64,000 nt of DNA from an uncultured Spirochaetota bacterium (GTDB lineage: Bacteria; Spirochaetota; Spirochaetia; SZUA-6; Fen-1364). The number at the start of each line of letters is the position of its first letter. Positions within the stretch are counted from its first letter, which is position 1. The stretch covers positions 320,001-384,000 of the forward strand of contig CAWAHW010000007.1 of assembly GCA_963781885.1 (NCBI GenBank). Direction: 5' to 3'. Made by a program: the position numbers and the translations under genes. The notes beneath the pieces were generated by a model, which was not told the DNA's origin, ran no database searches, and saw only the letters and a program-made list of their open reading frames with translations. Positions 9,590 through 21,841 of this stretch are shown in pieces.

Positions 9590-10352
9590 TCATAACCCCG
9601 TGGGAATATCGAGATACGTCACTTCCACACCCGTCTCCCGGAAGAGTCTCTCCGCGAGCGCCTGCACACCATACGATTCAGAGTGGTAGTGACCAGCAAA
9701 GATAACATGGATGCGTCGTTCGAGGCAATGATGGTAGATCTCGTGCGACGGCTCCCCGGTGACAAAGAGGTCAAGGCCCTCATCCGTGGCCTGCGTTGCC
9801 GCCCAGGCGGCGTCGCCTGCCACCAGTCCCACGCTCTGGATCCGACCCGGGCCGAAGGGGAGGGTGCGGACCGCTTCCCCCTGCCGCGCGGAGAGCCGGG
9901 CGACGATCTCCTCCAGCGGAAGGGGCTCGGGGAGCCTTCCCTTCAGACCGACCTTCACACCCTTGTGGGCGCCGAATGGCGCCAGCTCCGTGAGCCCGAT
10001 CTGCGCGGCAAGTCCCGCGTTGTTCCCCACCTCGGGGTGCATGTCGAGCGGAAGGTGTGCCGCGTAGAGCGCGAGCCGGTTCTCCACGAGGTAGCGCACG
10101 CGTTCAAAGAGCGATCCGACGAGCCTCTGCGGCTCCCCCCAGAATATTCCGTGGTGCACGACCAGCAGCCCCGCCTTCCATGCCGCGGCACGCCGGAATG
10201 CCTCCATCGATGCATCCACGGCGAATGCCACCCGCATCACCTCGGCCGCGCGGTCACCCACCTGCACCCCGTTCAGGCTCAGCGTCGATGCCCGCTGTCG
10301 CGGACAGGTCGAGAAATGCGGAAAGCCAGCGATCGAGCTCTTCCAGCCGCAT
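9590..10352 (-). CDS. Nif3-like dinuclear metal centre protein (frameshift near 10283)
   Basis: N-terminus MRLEELDRWLSAFLD is in one frame; SLNGVQVG, VVHHG, HLPLDMH and AGHYHSE are in another. Confidence 0.85.
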
Positions 10353-10530
10353 GCGCCCTCCCCGGGGCGGAGTGTAGCCGCTTGACAGCCGGCGTACAAT
10401 CGCGGAAATGAGCGCGCACCGGGCGGATGCGGTCTGTGCGGAGCCGGTCGGCCCTTGACTGCAGGGCGCTCCGTGGGGCAGAATAAAGCATACAATTTCA
10501 GTCATCTTTTGTGGGAGAAGGGGGCTGCAG

Positions 10531-11691
10531 GTGAACTATTTCCTCAGCGACGATCAGAAAATGATCAAGGACCTCGCGGCGCAGGTCGCGCGCGAAAAAA
10601 TCGCTCCCATTGCGGCAGAGCTCGACGAATCGGGTGAGTTCCCCTGGGAGATCGTGAAGACATTCGCCCAGGCGGACCTCTTCCGCGTCTTCATCCCCAC
10701 CGAGTATGACGGCCTGGGCGGCGGCATGTTCGAGATGTGCCTCGTCGTGGAGGAGCTCTCCAAGGCATGCGGCGGCATCGCCCTTTCCTATGCCGCATCG
10801 GGCCTCGGCACCATCCCCATCATCCTCTACGGCAACGAGGAGCAGAAGAAGAAATACCTGCCGCGCCTCGCGGCGGGGGAGATACTCGCCGCATTCGGTC
10901 TGACTGAATCCGGCGCGGGAAGCGACGCCGCCGGCATCAAGACCACGGCAAGGGCCGACGGGGATTGCTACGTCATCAATGGCACGAAGCAGTGGATCAC
11001 GAATGGCGGCGAGGCGAGCGTCTATACGGTCATCGCTCTGACCGATCCTGCCCGCGGCGTGCGCGGCTCGTCCGCGATACTTGTGGACAAGGGGACGCCG
11101 GGTTTCAATTTCGGCAAGAAAGAGAACAAGATGGGCATCCGGGCGTCCGCCACGCGCGAGCTGGTGTTCCAGGACTGCCGGGTCCCGAAGTCCTCCTTGC
11201 TGGCCAAGGAAGGCATGGGCTTCCTCGTGGCGATGAAGACACTCGACCAGTCGCGCCCCGGGGTCGCCGCCCAGGCGCTGGGCATCGCGCAGGGCGCCCT
11301 GGACAAGGCCGTGGACTACTCGCGCGAGCGCCACCAGTTCGGCAAGCCCATCTCATCGTTCCAGGGACTGCAGTTCATGATGGCCGACATGGCCACCCAG
11401 GTGGAGGCGGCACGGGCGCTCACGTACTCCGTCGCGCGCGCCGTCGACGCAGGGGAGAAGGACGTGTCACGCATGTCGGCCATGGCGAAGGTGTTCGCCT
11501 CCGACACGGCCATGCGTGTCACCACGGACGCGGTGCAGATCTTCGGCGGCTACGGCTACATGAAGGACTATCCCGTGGAAAAGATGATGCGCGACGCGAA
11601 GATCACGCAGATCTACGAAGGCACCAACCAGATCCAGCGCGAGGTGATCGCACTGGGCCTCATCAAGGAAGCGGTGCGGGCGCAGAAATGA
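10531..11691 (+). CDS. acyl-CoA dehydrogenase (butyryl/caffeyl-CoA reductase-like)
   Basis: FGLTESGAGSD, NGTKQWITNG, QIFGGYGYMKDYPVEKMMRDAKITQIYEGTNQIQ. Confidence 0.95.
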   Translation: MNYFLSDDQKMIKDLAAQVAREKIAPIAAELDESGEFPWEIVKTFAQADLFRVFIPTEYDGLGGGMFEMCLVVEELSKACGGIALSYAASGLGTIPIILYGNEEQKKKYLPRLAAGEILAAFGLTESGAGSDAAGIKTTARADGDCYVINGTKQWITNGGEASVYTVIALTDPARGVRGSSAILVDKGTPGFNFGKKENKMGIRASATRELVFQDCRVPKSSLLAKEGMGFLVAMKTLDQSRPGVAAQALGIAQGALDKAVDYSRERHQFGKPISSFQGLQFMMADMATQVEAARALTYSVARAVDAGEKDVSRMSAMAKVFASDTAMRVTTDAVQIFGGYGYMKDYPVEKMMRDAKITQIYEGTNQIQREVIALGLIKEAVRAQK

Positions 11692-11740
11692 AGATGATGA
11701 GGAGAAGCCACGGCGCGCGGCCGGCACGCGGGGGCGGCGC

Positions 11741-12563
11741 ATGAAGGTCATCGTCTGCATCAAGCAGGTCCCCGACACGACGAATGTGCGCATCAATCCC
11801 GAGACGAACACGCTCGTGCGCGAAGGGGTGCAGTCCATCATCAATCCCTTCGATGTCTACGCCCTCGAGGAGGCGGTGCGCCTGCGCGAAAAGCATGGCG
11901 GCACCGTGACCGTGATCACCATGGGTCCGCCGCAGGCCGCCGAGGCGCTGCGGGAAGCCATCAGCCTCGGGGCGGACAACGTGTACCTGGTTTCCGATCG
12001 TGCCTTTGCCGGCGCCGACACCCTGGCCACTGCATACGCGCTTGCATGCGCCATCCGCACGCTCGGCGGCGGAGCCGCCAATCCGGCCGGCGGGGCTGAT
12101 GTCATCCTGATGGGCCGGCAGGCCATCGATGGCGACACGGGCCAGGTGGGTCCCGGCGTCGCGGAGAATCTCGACCTTCCCCATGTCACCGACATCAGGA
12201 AGATAGAAGAGATCGTCGATGGCAGGATCGTCGTGGAGCGCCTCCTGGAGGACGGTTATGCGCGCATCGCGACTCAGCCTGCCCGTGGTCCTCACGGTGG
12301 TGAAGGAGATAAACGTGCCGCGACTTCCTTCCCTCAAGGGAAAGATGGCGGCGAAGAAGGCGGAGGTGCCCGTGCTGAAGGCATCCGACATCGGCGCGGA
12401 CCTTGAGCGCCTGGGCCTGAACGGCTCACCGACGCAGGTCATGAAGATTTTCACGCCGCCGAAGCCGTCGGGTGGCAAGAGGTTCACCGGGGAGCCCGCC
12501 GCGACAGTGGCAGCCTTCCTGGACGAGCTCACGGCCGCGGGCATCACGATCCGCAAGCAGTAG
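11741..12563 (+). CDS. etfB: electron transfer flavoprotein beta subunit (frameshift near 12270)
   Basis: VCIKQVPDT, NPFD, GADTLATA, QAIDGDTGQVGP; continues as LPVVLTVVKEINVPRLPS in another frame. Confidence 0.9.
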
Positions 12564-12571
12564 GGGAAGCC

Positions 12572-13790
12572 ATGGATCCCATCCGCGTCATCGCGAACAA
12601 CTGCGTCGGCTGCAGCCTCTGCGTGAAAGCCTGCCCGTACGACGCCATCGCCTTGTCCGGCCCGCCGGGCGCCCGTGAGGACAAGCCCACGGCCGTCATC
12701 GATCTTTCCAAATGCACGCTCTGCGGCGCCTGCGTCGAGGCGTGCAAGCGCTACAAGGCAATCGTCCTCACGCGCACGACGTTCAAGGGCCAGGACATTA
12801 CCGCGTATGCCGGCATCTGCGTCTACGCCGAGCACAGGTCAGGGAGAGCTTGCGAGCGTCGTGCCCGAGATCATCGGCGCTGCGCGCGATCTGCAGAAGG
12901 ACCTGTCGGCGCCCGTCAGCGCAATCCTCGTGGGAAGCGGCGTGCGGAAGCTCACCGACGAGCTTCTCTCCTACGGCGTGGACGAGATCTGGATGATCGA
13001 CAATCCTTCGATCGGCGATTTCGATGAGGATGTGCAGGCGGAGCTGGTGGCTCAGATCATCGCGGAGAAGAAACCGGAAATCTTTCTCGGCGGCGGAACG
13101 GTCATCGGCAGGTCGCTGCTTCCGCGCGTGGCCGCCAAGATACTCACCGGCCTCACCGCCGACTGCACCGAGCTTTCCATCGACCAGTCGACCAACCTCC
13201 TGCGCCAGACCCGTCCCGCCTTTGGCGGCAACATCATGGCCACGATACAGACGCAGAATCACCGGCCGCAAATGGCGACCGTCCGGCACAAGGTGATGCG
13301 CCCCGCCGACAAGGTGGAGAATCCCAAGGGCATCGTTGTCGAGCTGAAGCACATCCCGGTGCCGAAATCGCGCCTGGAGTTCCTCGAGTTCGTGGAAGAG
13401 AAGACCGCCACCGTGAACCTCGTGGAGGCCGACGTCATCGTCTCCGGCGGACGCGGCATCAAGGACCCGAAGAACTTCGCCCTCATCGAGAAGCTCGCGC
13501 TTGCCACCTCCGGCGCGGTGGGCGCATCCCGCGCCGCCGTGGACGCAGGCTGGATTCCCTATTCCCACCAGGTGGGCCAGACCGGCAAGACCGTGAAGCC
13601 CAAGGTGTACATCGCCTGCGGCATCAGCGGCGCCATCCAGCACCTGGCCGGCATGAAGGGCTCCGACATGATCGTCGCCATCAATTCCGATCCCAATGCC
13701 CCGATATTCGACGTCGCCCACTTCGGCATCGTGGGGGACCTCTTCCAGGTCGTGCCCGAGCTCATCAAGCGGCTGGAGGCGGGCGTGTAG
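12572..13790 (+). CDS. etfA: ETF alpha subunit with an N-terminal 2x[4Fe-4S] ferredoxin domain (frameshift near 12838)
   Basis: [12 protein letters not shown] and [11 protein letters not shown]; [33 protein letters not shown]. Confidence 0.9.
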
Positions 13791-13814
13791 GGGAGGCTTC
13801 CACGATCGGCGGCC

Positions 13815-14909
13815 CTACGTCTGCATATTTGCGAAGAGAAAGTGATTCTTGTACAGGTCCTTGTTTTCGTTCAGGATCAGGCTGTGCACGATGTTGATCT
13901 GCCGGACCCCGGGCGGATGACCGGACTCGAGCAGATTCTCAAGGATTTTCACCGTGTAGTACCCCTGCAGGATCGGGTTCTGGTAGACCACCGCCGTGAG
14001 CAGGTTCTTCTCCAGATAGTGATTGGACGATGAATCGAGGTCGTGAAGGACGACGATGCGCCGGCCGTCGGGCGCTTTTTCAAGGGCACGGATGAACTGC
14101 GCATTGTAGGCCGGAATCATGTAGACGGCATCGAAGCCGCCCCTGCGCGCGGCGAGCAGCTCCGCGATCTGGCGCTCCGCCGCTGGTGAGCGCATCCCCT
14201 TGGTGATGTCCACCGTCTCGTGGGTGACCCCGGGGAAGCTATTCTTCATCACCGCGCGGAAGCCATCGTAGCGCAGCGCGTTGATGTCGGGTGCACGGGG
14301 ATCCGCGCGACTGCCCGGTCGGGTCGTGAGCACGAGCACGCGCGGCCGGTTCTTGAACAGGAGCGCCTTGCCGATGAACTCCGCGGCGAGCCCGCCGCCG
14401 GCCCGGTAGTCGGGCCCGATGTAGCAGAGCCTGCGGCTCTCCGGCGCGTCGACGTTCAGCGTCACGAATGGAATCCCCGCGGCGGTGATGCGCTCGATGA
14501 TCCTGTCCATCCGGTAGATCCATTGGTTGACGAAGGCCACGGCTTCCAGGCCGTCCCTGATTTCCTCTTCCAGGCGCCGAAGGTAGAGATCCGAGTCCCG
14601 TTCGGCGATCCTGTGGTAGTTGACCTGGTAATTGAGGGGTTGGACCTGCTCCGCGCCGATGGAGATGCCCGTATGGATGTCGTTCCAGAAATAGCGCGGC
14701 AGCGACGAGGAAAAGACGGCGATCTTGCGCGTCTTGTTGCGCTTCAGCACCTGCGACGCCTTGTGTGGCACATAGTGCACGTCGCGGGCATACGAGAGGA
14801 TGCGCCCTTTCATCTCCTTGGACACGTAGCCTGAATTGTTCAGGGCACGGCTCACGGTGATGAGGGGAAGGTCCAGGGCCTCCGCGATCTCTTTCTGCGT
14901 GATTCCCAT
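13815..14909 (-). CDS. LacI-family transcriptional regulator
   Basis: [27 protein letters not shown] plus a periplasmic-binding-like domain. Confidence 0.9.
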   Translation of the reverse strand: MGITQKEIAEALDLPLITVSRALNNSGYVSKEMKGRILSYARDVHYVPHKASQVLKRNKTRKIAVFSSSLPRYFWNDIHTGISIGAEQVQPLNYQVNYHRIAERDSDLYLRRLEEEIRDGLEAVAFVNQWIYRMDRIIERITAAGIPFVTLNVDAPESRRLCYIGPDYRAGGGLAAEFIGKALLFKNRPRVLVLTTRPGSRADPRAPDINALRYDGFRAVMKNSFPGVTHETVDITKGMRSPAAERQIAELLAARRGGFDAVYMIPAYNAQFIRALEKAPDGRRIVVLHDLDSSSNHYLEKNLLTAVVYQNPILQGYYTVKILENLLESGHPPGVRQINIVHSLILNENKDLYKNHFLFANMQT

Positions 14910-15015
14910 CGTGGTGCGCTTGGACAATTCATAGCCGAATACCGGGCGTGTGAACAGCTCGCCCCGCGAGCCCGCCCGGAGCGTCTCTCGGTTTTTCTTG
15001 ACAGCGCCATCCCGG

Positions 15016-15035
15016 TATGATACACGTACATCATA
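15016..15035. promoter_or_regulatory. candidate LacI-type operator
   Basis: TATGAT-ACACGTAC-ATCATA inverted repeat with a central CG, between the divergent lacI and SBP genes, just downstream of TTGACA 14998-15003. Confidence 0.6.
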
Positions 15036-15081
15036 TCCGGGGCCGGAGAAGCCCCGGCATGCCCTCGAAAGGAGGATGAGA

Positions 15082-16324
15082 ATGAAGAGGGCTCTTCTTG
15101 CAGTGTGGTTCATCCTGCTCTGCGCCGCCCTGCTGGCGGGCCAGGGAAAGCCCGTGACGCTGAACGTATTCTTCTACAGTCCCGAGCTCACGGACCAGTA
15201 CAACGACATGGCCCGCGAATACAATGCGGAGACGGGGAACACGCTCGACATCACGGTGCACCAGGCCGATTACGTGACGCTGCTCCGGGCAAAGCTCAAT
15301 TCCGGTGACATCCCGGACGTCTTCATGAGCAGCGCCTACGCCGACAACACGACCTACAAGGATTACGTCTATGACCTGACGGATGCCGACTTCATCAAGC
15401 TGCTGGAGCCCACCGCGCTCACCGGCGTCACCGTCAATGGGCGCGTCACAGGATATCCCTTCCTGGTGCAGTCCCACTCCTTCATCTACAACAAGAAGAT
15501 TTTTGCCTCGGCCGGCATCACGACACTGCCGCGCACCATCAAGGAGTACGAGGCCGTCGCCCAGAAGCTGCAGGCAAAGGGTATCCAGCCGTTCGCCACC
15601 GGCTTCAAGGAGTGGTGGGTGCTTCCGCAGACCGCGTGGCAGGTCCTGGCCCCGATCAAGGATTCCTACGGCGGAGATTACGCGAAGTTCGTGGCCCAGC
15701 TCAACAGCGGCGCACTGAAGTTCAAGGACATCAAGGAGATGAGCAACGTGTTCGACGTCCTTGACCTCATCAAAAAGTACGGCGGCCCGAAGCCCATGGA
15801 GTCCGATTTCAACGACCAGTGCTCGCTCATGGCAACTGGCGCTGCGGCGATTATTCACCAGGGCAACTGGGCGGAGGACACGATCCGCAAAACCACCCCG
15901 GACATCGACATCGGCTACCTCCTGGGGCCGGTGGGCAACACTCCGGACAAGGCGGGGATCATGTTCGATTCCAACCAGACCATCCGCGTCGCCAAGGACG
16001 GGCCGAATGTGCAGGCCGCGCTGGCGTGGCTGCGCTGGCTGACAACATCCACCTACGGCAAGGCCTGGATACCGGACCAGATCAAGCAGCTCTCCCCCAT
16101 CAAGGGGGCAAAAGCCTCCAGCGCCGAGCTCGCGCAGGCGACGGTGAATCTCCTGTCCCCAAGACGCCGAACTATTCCTGGTATCTACCAGCGGTTCCCG
16201 ACGGGAAGCGAGCAGAGCCTCGGAATCATCCTCCAGGGCTACTGCGCGGGACAGACCAACAGGCAGCAGACCCTCGACGCACTGGATGCTTCGTACACGA
16301 AGATCGATCAACGCTTCCAAGTAG
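15082..16324 (+). CDS. sugar ABC transporter substrate-binding protein (probable indels near 16157, 16185 and 16306)
   Basis: GGAGG SD, signal peptide, GDIPDVF, YNKKIF; likely true end KIINASK* at TAG 16322-16324. Confidence 0.85.
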
Positions 16325-16350
16325 GGCGGGTCTCACCCGTCACGACGGAG

Positions 16351-16373
16351 CCGGGGAGGCCGTTCCTCCCCGG
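16351..16373 (+). other. GC-rich hairpin after the SBP gene (mRNA stabiliser or weak terminator)
   Basis: CCGGGGAGG-CCGTT-CCTCCCCGG. Confidence 0.5.
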
Positions 16374-16408
16374 CCGTTTCGGCGCATACACTCGCATCAA
16401 GGATGCCC

Positions 16409-17304
16409 ATGACCCACGCACGCAGAAACGCGCGCATCGCGCGCGGGCTCGAGTTCCTCGGGATGACGGCCCCCGCCCTCGTCGGTCATTCTTCTCTTTG
16501 TCGAGATCCCGTTTCTCATGAGCGTCGTCTACTCGTTCACGAAGTGGAACGGGCTGGACAAAACCGTGAAGTTCATCGGGATCGCGAACTATACGGAGCT
16601 TCTCACCAGCGATCCTGGCCATGGGAAAGGCGATGATCTTCACGCTCTTGTTCACCGTGCTCGTTGTCGTCGCCACCAACGTGATTGCTCTCCTGCTCGC
16701 GGTGATCCTGGATTCCCGCATTCGCGGGAAGAACCTCCTGCGCGCCGCCTTCTACATCCCGAACATCATCAGCCTCATCATCATCGGATACATGTGGCGG
16801 TTCATCTTCTCGCGGGGATTCGATTCCTTTGGCGCTCTCACCCACCTGGGAATCTTCAGGTTGAGCTGGCTGGGCGATACGCACCTGGCATTTGCGAGCG
16901 TTGCCCTGGTCTCCGTGTGGCAGTCAATCGGGTTCTACATGGTGATCTATATCGCGGGGCTGCAGACCGTTCCCCGCGACCAGCTGGAAGCCGCGGTGAT
17001 CGATGGCGCGTCGCCGTCCAGCCGTTTTTTCCGCATTACCCTTCCCCTTATCCTGCCGTCCGTGACCGTTGCCGTATTCTATTCACTCTCGAACGCGTTG
17101 AAGACATTCGACGTGATCTTCAGCCTCACCTTCGGGGGTCCGGGGACCGCAACCACCAGCATCGCGCTGGACATCTACAAGACCGCATTCAGCGACAGCC
17201 GCTTCGGCTACGGGACGGCCAAGTCGGTCGTGCTCTTCCTCCTCATCCTCGTCGTCACCGTCTTCCAGCTCAACATCTTCAAGCGACGCGAGGTCGAGGC
17301 ATGA
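16409..17304 (+). CDS. sugar ABC transporter permease (frameshifts near 16485 and 16620)
   Basis: Three frames join as MTHARR...; YSFTKWNG; EAA loop EAAVIDGA. Confidence 0.85.
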
Positions 17305-18128
17305 GGCGCCCCCGCGGTTCCCTTCCGCTCTCTCTGGTCATGATCCTCTGCGCGCTGGTCTATCTCTATCCGCTGATCCTGGTCGCGATCAATTCGCTGA
17401 AGAGCTTTTCGGAGATCATGGCGAACGTTGTTGCTCTTCCCACCCGGATCCACGGTGAAAACTTCACGAATGCCTTCCGGCTGATGCACTATCCCCACCT
17501 CTTTCTCAACACCCTGTTTGTCACGGCGCTGGGCACGGGCGGTGTCGTGCTCCTCGCCTCCCTTGCCGGGTACAAGCTTTCCCGGACGCGGACGCGGTAC
17601 AGCTGGGTCATCTTCCTCCTCTGCGTCGCGCCAATGATGATCCCGTTCCAGTCGTTCATGATCGCGCTCGTGAAGATTGCGCGGAACCTGCACCTCACGA
17701 ACACGACCTGGGGTCTGGGCATCATCTACTGGGGTCTGGGCGTGCCGCTTTCACTGTTCCTCTACCACGGCTTTGTGAAAACCGTGCCCCGGGAGCTCGA
17801 TGATTGCGCCGCCATCGACGGGTGCCGGCCGCTGCGCGCCTTTGTCCAGGTGATCTTCCCGCTGCTCCAGCCGGTGACCGTCTCGGTCATCGTCATCAAT
17901 GCCATGTGGATGTGGAACGATTTTCTCCTCCCCCTCCTGATCCTCAACGGTTCAAAAGAATCGCAGACGCTTCAGCTTGCGGCGTACAATTTCTTCGGTC
18001 AGTACAAGATCGAATGGCAGAACGCGATGGCCGGCGTGCTTCTCACGATCACGCCGGCCATCATTTTCTATCTCACCTTGCAGCGGCACATCATCAAGGG
18101 CATGGTCGCCGGCGCGGTCAAAGGATGA
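17301..18128 (+). CDS. carbohydrate ABC transporter permease
   Basis: ELDDCAAIDGC, WNDFLLPL, IIKGMVAGAVKG. Confidence 0.9.
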   Translation: MRRPRGSLPLSLVMILCALVYLYPLILVAINSLKSFSEIMANVVALPTRIHGENFTNAFRLMHYPHLFLNTLFVTALGTGGVVLLASLAGYKLSRTRTRYSWVIFLLCVAPMMIPFQSFMIALVKIARNLHLTNTTWGLGIIYWGLGVPLSLFLYHGFVKTVPRELDDCAAIDGCRPLRAFVQVIFPLLQPVTVSVIVINAMWMWNDFLLPLLILNGSKESQTLQLAAYNFFGQYKIEWQNAMAGVLLTITPAIIFYLTLQRHIIKGMVAGAVKG

Positions 18129-18132
18129 ACAG

Positions 18133-20455
18133 GTGAAATTCACCGATGGGTACTGGGGTCTGAGGGAAGGGGTGCGGCTGATCGCGCCCGCGGAGGCGGG
18201 GGACGTGCGCGCGGACGCCGCGACACTGACGGTCTTCGCCCCGTGCAAACACATCCGCCACCGGGGTGATACGCTGAATACTCCCCAGCTCACATTTTCA
18301 TTCAGCTCTCCCCGGGAGGACGTCATCAGGGTCCATGTCTGCCATTTCAAGGGCGGGAAGAAACCGGGGCCCGCTTTCGAGTTGCGCCTGACCGCGGCGC
18401 TCCAACCGCGGATCGAGCGGTCGCCGGACGCCGCGACCCTCACGAGCGGCCGGACGTCCGTCCGCGTGCGCACGGACGGCGCCTGGGCCGTCGACTTTTT
18501 CCACGACGGGCGGAGGCTGACGGGAAGCGGCGCGGGAAACATGGCCTACCTCATCGACGCCGCGGGGGCTCGTTACATGCGGGAGCAACTTTCCCTGGGC
18601 GTCGGTGAGTGCATCTACGGTCTCGGGGAGAGATTCACGCCATTCGTGAAGAACGGGCAGGCGGTCGACATGTGGAACGAGGACGGGGGGACGAGCAGCG
18701 AGCAGGCCTACAAGAACATCCCCTTCTACCTGAGCGGCGCAGGCTACGGGGTGCTCGTGGCTCATCCTGAAAGGGTCTCGTTCGAGATAGCCTCGGAGGC
18801 GGTCTCCCGCGCGCAGTTTTCCGTGCCGGGAGAGGAGCTGGAGTATTACGTCATCGGGGGCCCCACGCCCCGGGACGTGCTCCGCAGGTACGCGGAGCTC
18901 TGCGGACGGCCCGCGCTGCCCCCCGCGTGGTCATTCGGACTGTGGCTCACGACTTCCTTCACGACCCCCTACGATGAGAAGACCGTCAACACATTTCTCG
19001 AAGGCATGAGGGAGCGCCGCGTCCCCCTGCACGTTTTCCATTTCGACTGCTTCTGGATGAAAGAGTTCCAGTGGTGCGACTTCGCGTGGGATGCCGAGCA
19101 ATTCCCCGATCCACAGGGCTTCCTCACCCGGCTGAAGGACAAGGGACTGCGCATCTGCGTCTGGATCAACCCGTACATCGCGCAGAAGTCACGGCTGTTC
19201 GAAGAGGGCATGGAGAAGGGGTACCTTGTCAAAAAGCCGGACAGCGGCGTCTGGCAGTGGGACCGCTGGCAGGCGGGCATGGGCCTCGTGGACTTCACGA
19301 ATCCCGCCGCGCTTCGCTGGTACCAGGACTGCCTGCGGCGGCTGCTGGCCGCCGGCGTCGACTGTTTCAAGACTGACTTCGGGGAGCGCATCCCCACGGA
19401 CGTCGTCTATCATGACGGCTCCGACCCCCAGAAGATGCACAACTACTACGCCTACCTGTACAATCGGGCCGTTTTTTCGCTGCTGGAGGAGGAGAAGGGA
19501 AAGGGGAAGGCGGTCGTCTTTGCGCGCGCGGCGACCGTGGGCGGCCAGCAGTACCCCGTGCACTGGGGAGGGGATTGCTCGGCGACGTACGAGTCGATGG
19601 CGGAAAGCCTGCGCGGCGGCCTCTCCCTGGGACTTTCGGGATTTGGTTTCTGGAGCCATGACATCGGCGGCTTCGAAAAGACCGCCACGCCGGATCTCTA
19701 CCGCCGCTGGGCGGCGTTCGGCCTCCTGTCCTCGCACAGCCGCTCTGCACGGAAACGAATCCTACCGGGTGCCCTGGCTGTTCGGAGAGGAATCCACGGA
19801 TGTCCTGCGCTTTTTCGTGCAGCTGAAGTGCCGCCTCATGCCCTACCTCTTCGCGGCTGCCGCGGAGGCTGCGCGCGACGGCATCCCCGTCATGCGGGCC
19901 ATGATGCTCGAGTTCCCCGCTGACCCCGCCTGCGCGCACCTGGACCGGCAATATATGCTCGGACCTTCCCTGCTCGTTGCGCCAATCTTTGCGGAAGACG
20001 GCACCGTCTCTTACTACCTCCCGCCCGGCCGGTGGACGAGCCTGCTGAACGGCGCCGCGGTGGAGGGGGGGCGCTGGCGATCCGAAACACATGGGTACCT
20101 GAGCCTGCCCCTCATGGTACGCCCCAACAGCATCATCGCCGTCGGTTCAAACGAGACACGGCCGGACTACGACTACGGAGACGGGGTGTGCTTCCACGTC
20201 TTCGAACCGGCCGATGGCGTGGAGTGCGTGTTCGCGCTCGTTTCTGAGGAAGGGCGCGAGGAGGCAGCCCTCCACATTCTACGTGAGGCGCGCGCCGTCA
20301 CCATCACGCGCCGGGACCCGGAGAAGCCCTGGAGCGTCTGCCTCAGGAACGTGACCGAGGTGAGCGGCGTGGACGGAGGGTCTTTCGAGCGCAGCGGAGA
20401 GGGTGTCATCGTGCGGCCGGGCAGAGGCATCGGGACGATTCGTGTGACACTCTAG
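18133..20455 (+). CDS. yicI: GH31 alpha-xylosidase (frameshift near 19744)
   Basis: MKFTDGYW, FHFDCFWM, FKTDFGERIP, HWGGD, WSHDIGGF; SHSR/LHGNESYRVPW split across frames. Confidence 0.9.
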
Positions 20456-20595
20456 GATCGGCGGCCTTCCGGGCGCCCGCGCCCGTCCTCATTTTTCACC
20501 TGACTGAAGCCCCGCAACTTTCGTATTATATGGACGGCGCTGCCCGCTGCCATGAGGAGCGATGGAGGGGGTCGAAAAACGAAGGAACGCCTTGA

Positions 20596-20856
20596 ATGAA
20601 AGCATTCTCCGCCATCCGACGGGACCGGGAGGAATGGGTGTTCGACTACGCGGCGGACACCGACCCGAGTGACGACCTGTACTGGGCCGGGGCTCTTGTC
20701 GCGGAAGACGAAGACGACGAGCAGGCCGTCAGTCCAGATTCAAAGCGCGCAAGGTACTCGGGCGCCGCGTATGCGGATCCCAACAGCGAGGCAGCTTTGC
20801 GGGCGATACAGGCGCGCCTGCGGGAATGGGGCTGGACCCTGAACCGCGACACATGA
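20596..20856 (+). CDS. small acidic hypothetical protein
   Basis: 86-aa ORF filling the intergenic gap, AAGGA upstream. Confidence 0.4.
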   Translation: MKAFSAIRRDREEWVFDYAADTDPSDDLYWAGALVAEDEDDEQAVSPDSKRARYSGAAYADPNSEAALRAIQARLREWGWTLNRDT

Positions 20857-20864
20857 CGGCTGCT

Positions 20865-20893
20865 TTGACAATCGCGCTCACCGAGTCTATGCT
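20865..20893 (+). promoter_or_regulatory. sigma70 promoter
   Basis: TTGACA-17 nt-TATGCT. Confidence 0.65.
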
Positions 20894-20919
20894 CGCAGGA
20901 GTATCGACGAGGGGGCACC

Positions 20920-21555
20920 ATGAAGAGGTTTGTCTTCGTTTGGGCGCTTGTGGCGATCGCTACCACTGCCACGGCGTTCGCCGCGGACAAGGCGAGCATC
21001 GTCTATCTGGAAGGCGACGTCACGATGAATGGCTCACCCGCTTCCATCGGGGATCCCGTGCTCGCGGGCGCCGTGCTCGCGACAGGCCCGGATTCGCTGT
21101 GCCAGATCGTCTTCAACACGAAGAACATCGTGCACATTGCCGCCGGCACCATTCTCCGCTTCGACCCGAACAGCCTGTCCAGCGGCGCGACCCTGCAGAA
21201 GGGAGCCGTCGCCATGGTGCTGCGGAACCTGGCGGCGAAAGGTGACCAGCTCCGGTTCTCCATCAAGACCCCGACGACCGTCGCGGGAGTGCGCGGGACC
21301 TGCTTCTTCGTCGCCGTGGAGGACGACAACAATACGTACATCTGCGCCTGCAACGGCTCCATCCACCTGGACGGCAACGGCGGGCAGATGGCCCAGAACC
21401 TCGCCTCCTCCCATCACCAGGAGGTCCGCGTCACGCGCACGGCGTCCGGCCTCACGGTGAGCCCGGCGCCGCTGCTTTACCATACCGATGCGGATGTCGA
21501 AGCCATTGCGGCGAAGATCGGAGAAAAGATCGACTGGACCAAGATCGACAAGTAG
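20920..21555 (+). CDS. exported FecR-domain protein
   Basis: Signal peptide; TGPDS, IKTPTTVAGVRGT. Confidence 0.8.
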   Translation: MKRFVFVWALVAIATTATAFAADKASIVYLEGDVTMNGSPASIGDPVLAGAVLATGPDSLCQIVFNTKNIVHIAAGTILRFDPNSLSSGATLQKGAVAMVLRNLAAKGDQLRFSIKTPTTVAGVRGTCFFVAVEDDNNTYICACNGSIHLDGNGGQMAQNLASSHHQEVRVTRTASGLTVSPAPLLYHTDADVEAIAAKIGEKIDWTKIDK

Positions 21556-21841
21556 CAGGGCGGCGCGCCTATTCAAGGCGCGGCGGGCACTCAGCGGGCA
21601 GCGCGTTGTCGTGGAAGCGGCAGCGCGCCTCGAGGGTCGGCGTCCAGCGTTGGCTGTTCTCTGCGCGCTCATCCACGGAGAAGGCGAGTGCCGACCGACG
21701 CGAATGCGCTTGATAAATTCAGATAGGCAGCTATAAGTTCAACATACCTTAGAGAATCGGTCAGGTATTTTCATTCAGGGAATGAAAGTGCATTCCACGC
21801 ACGAGTTTCGACCTTGAGCTTGATATTTCAGGAGGAATCAC

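Noticed and set aside
12260-12850. Programmed frameshifting in etfB/etfA
   Set aside because: No slippery heptamers seen, and similar indels affect many unrelated genes.
16518-18128. 536-aa fused permease
   Set aside because: Chimera caused by frameshifts in the first permease; the second gene starts at 17301.
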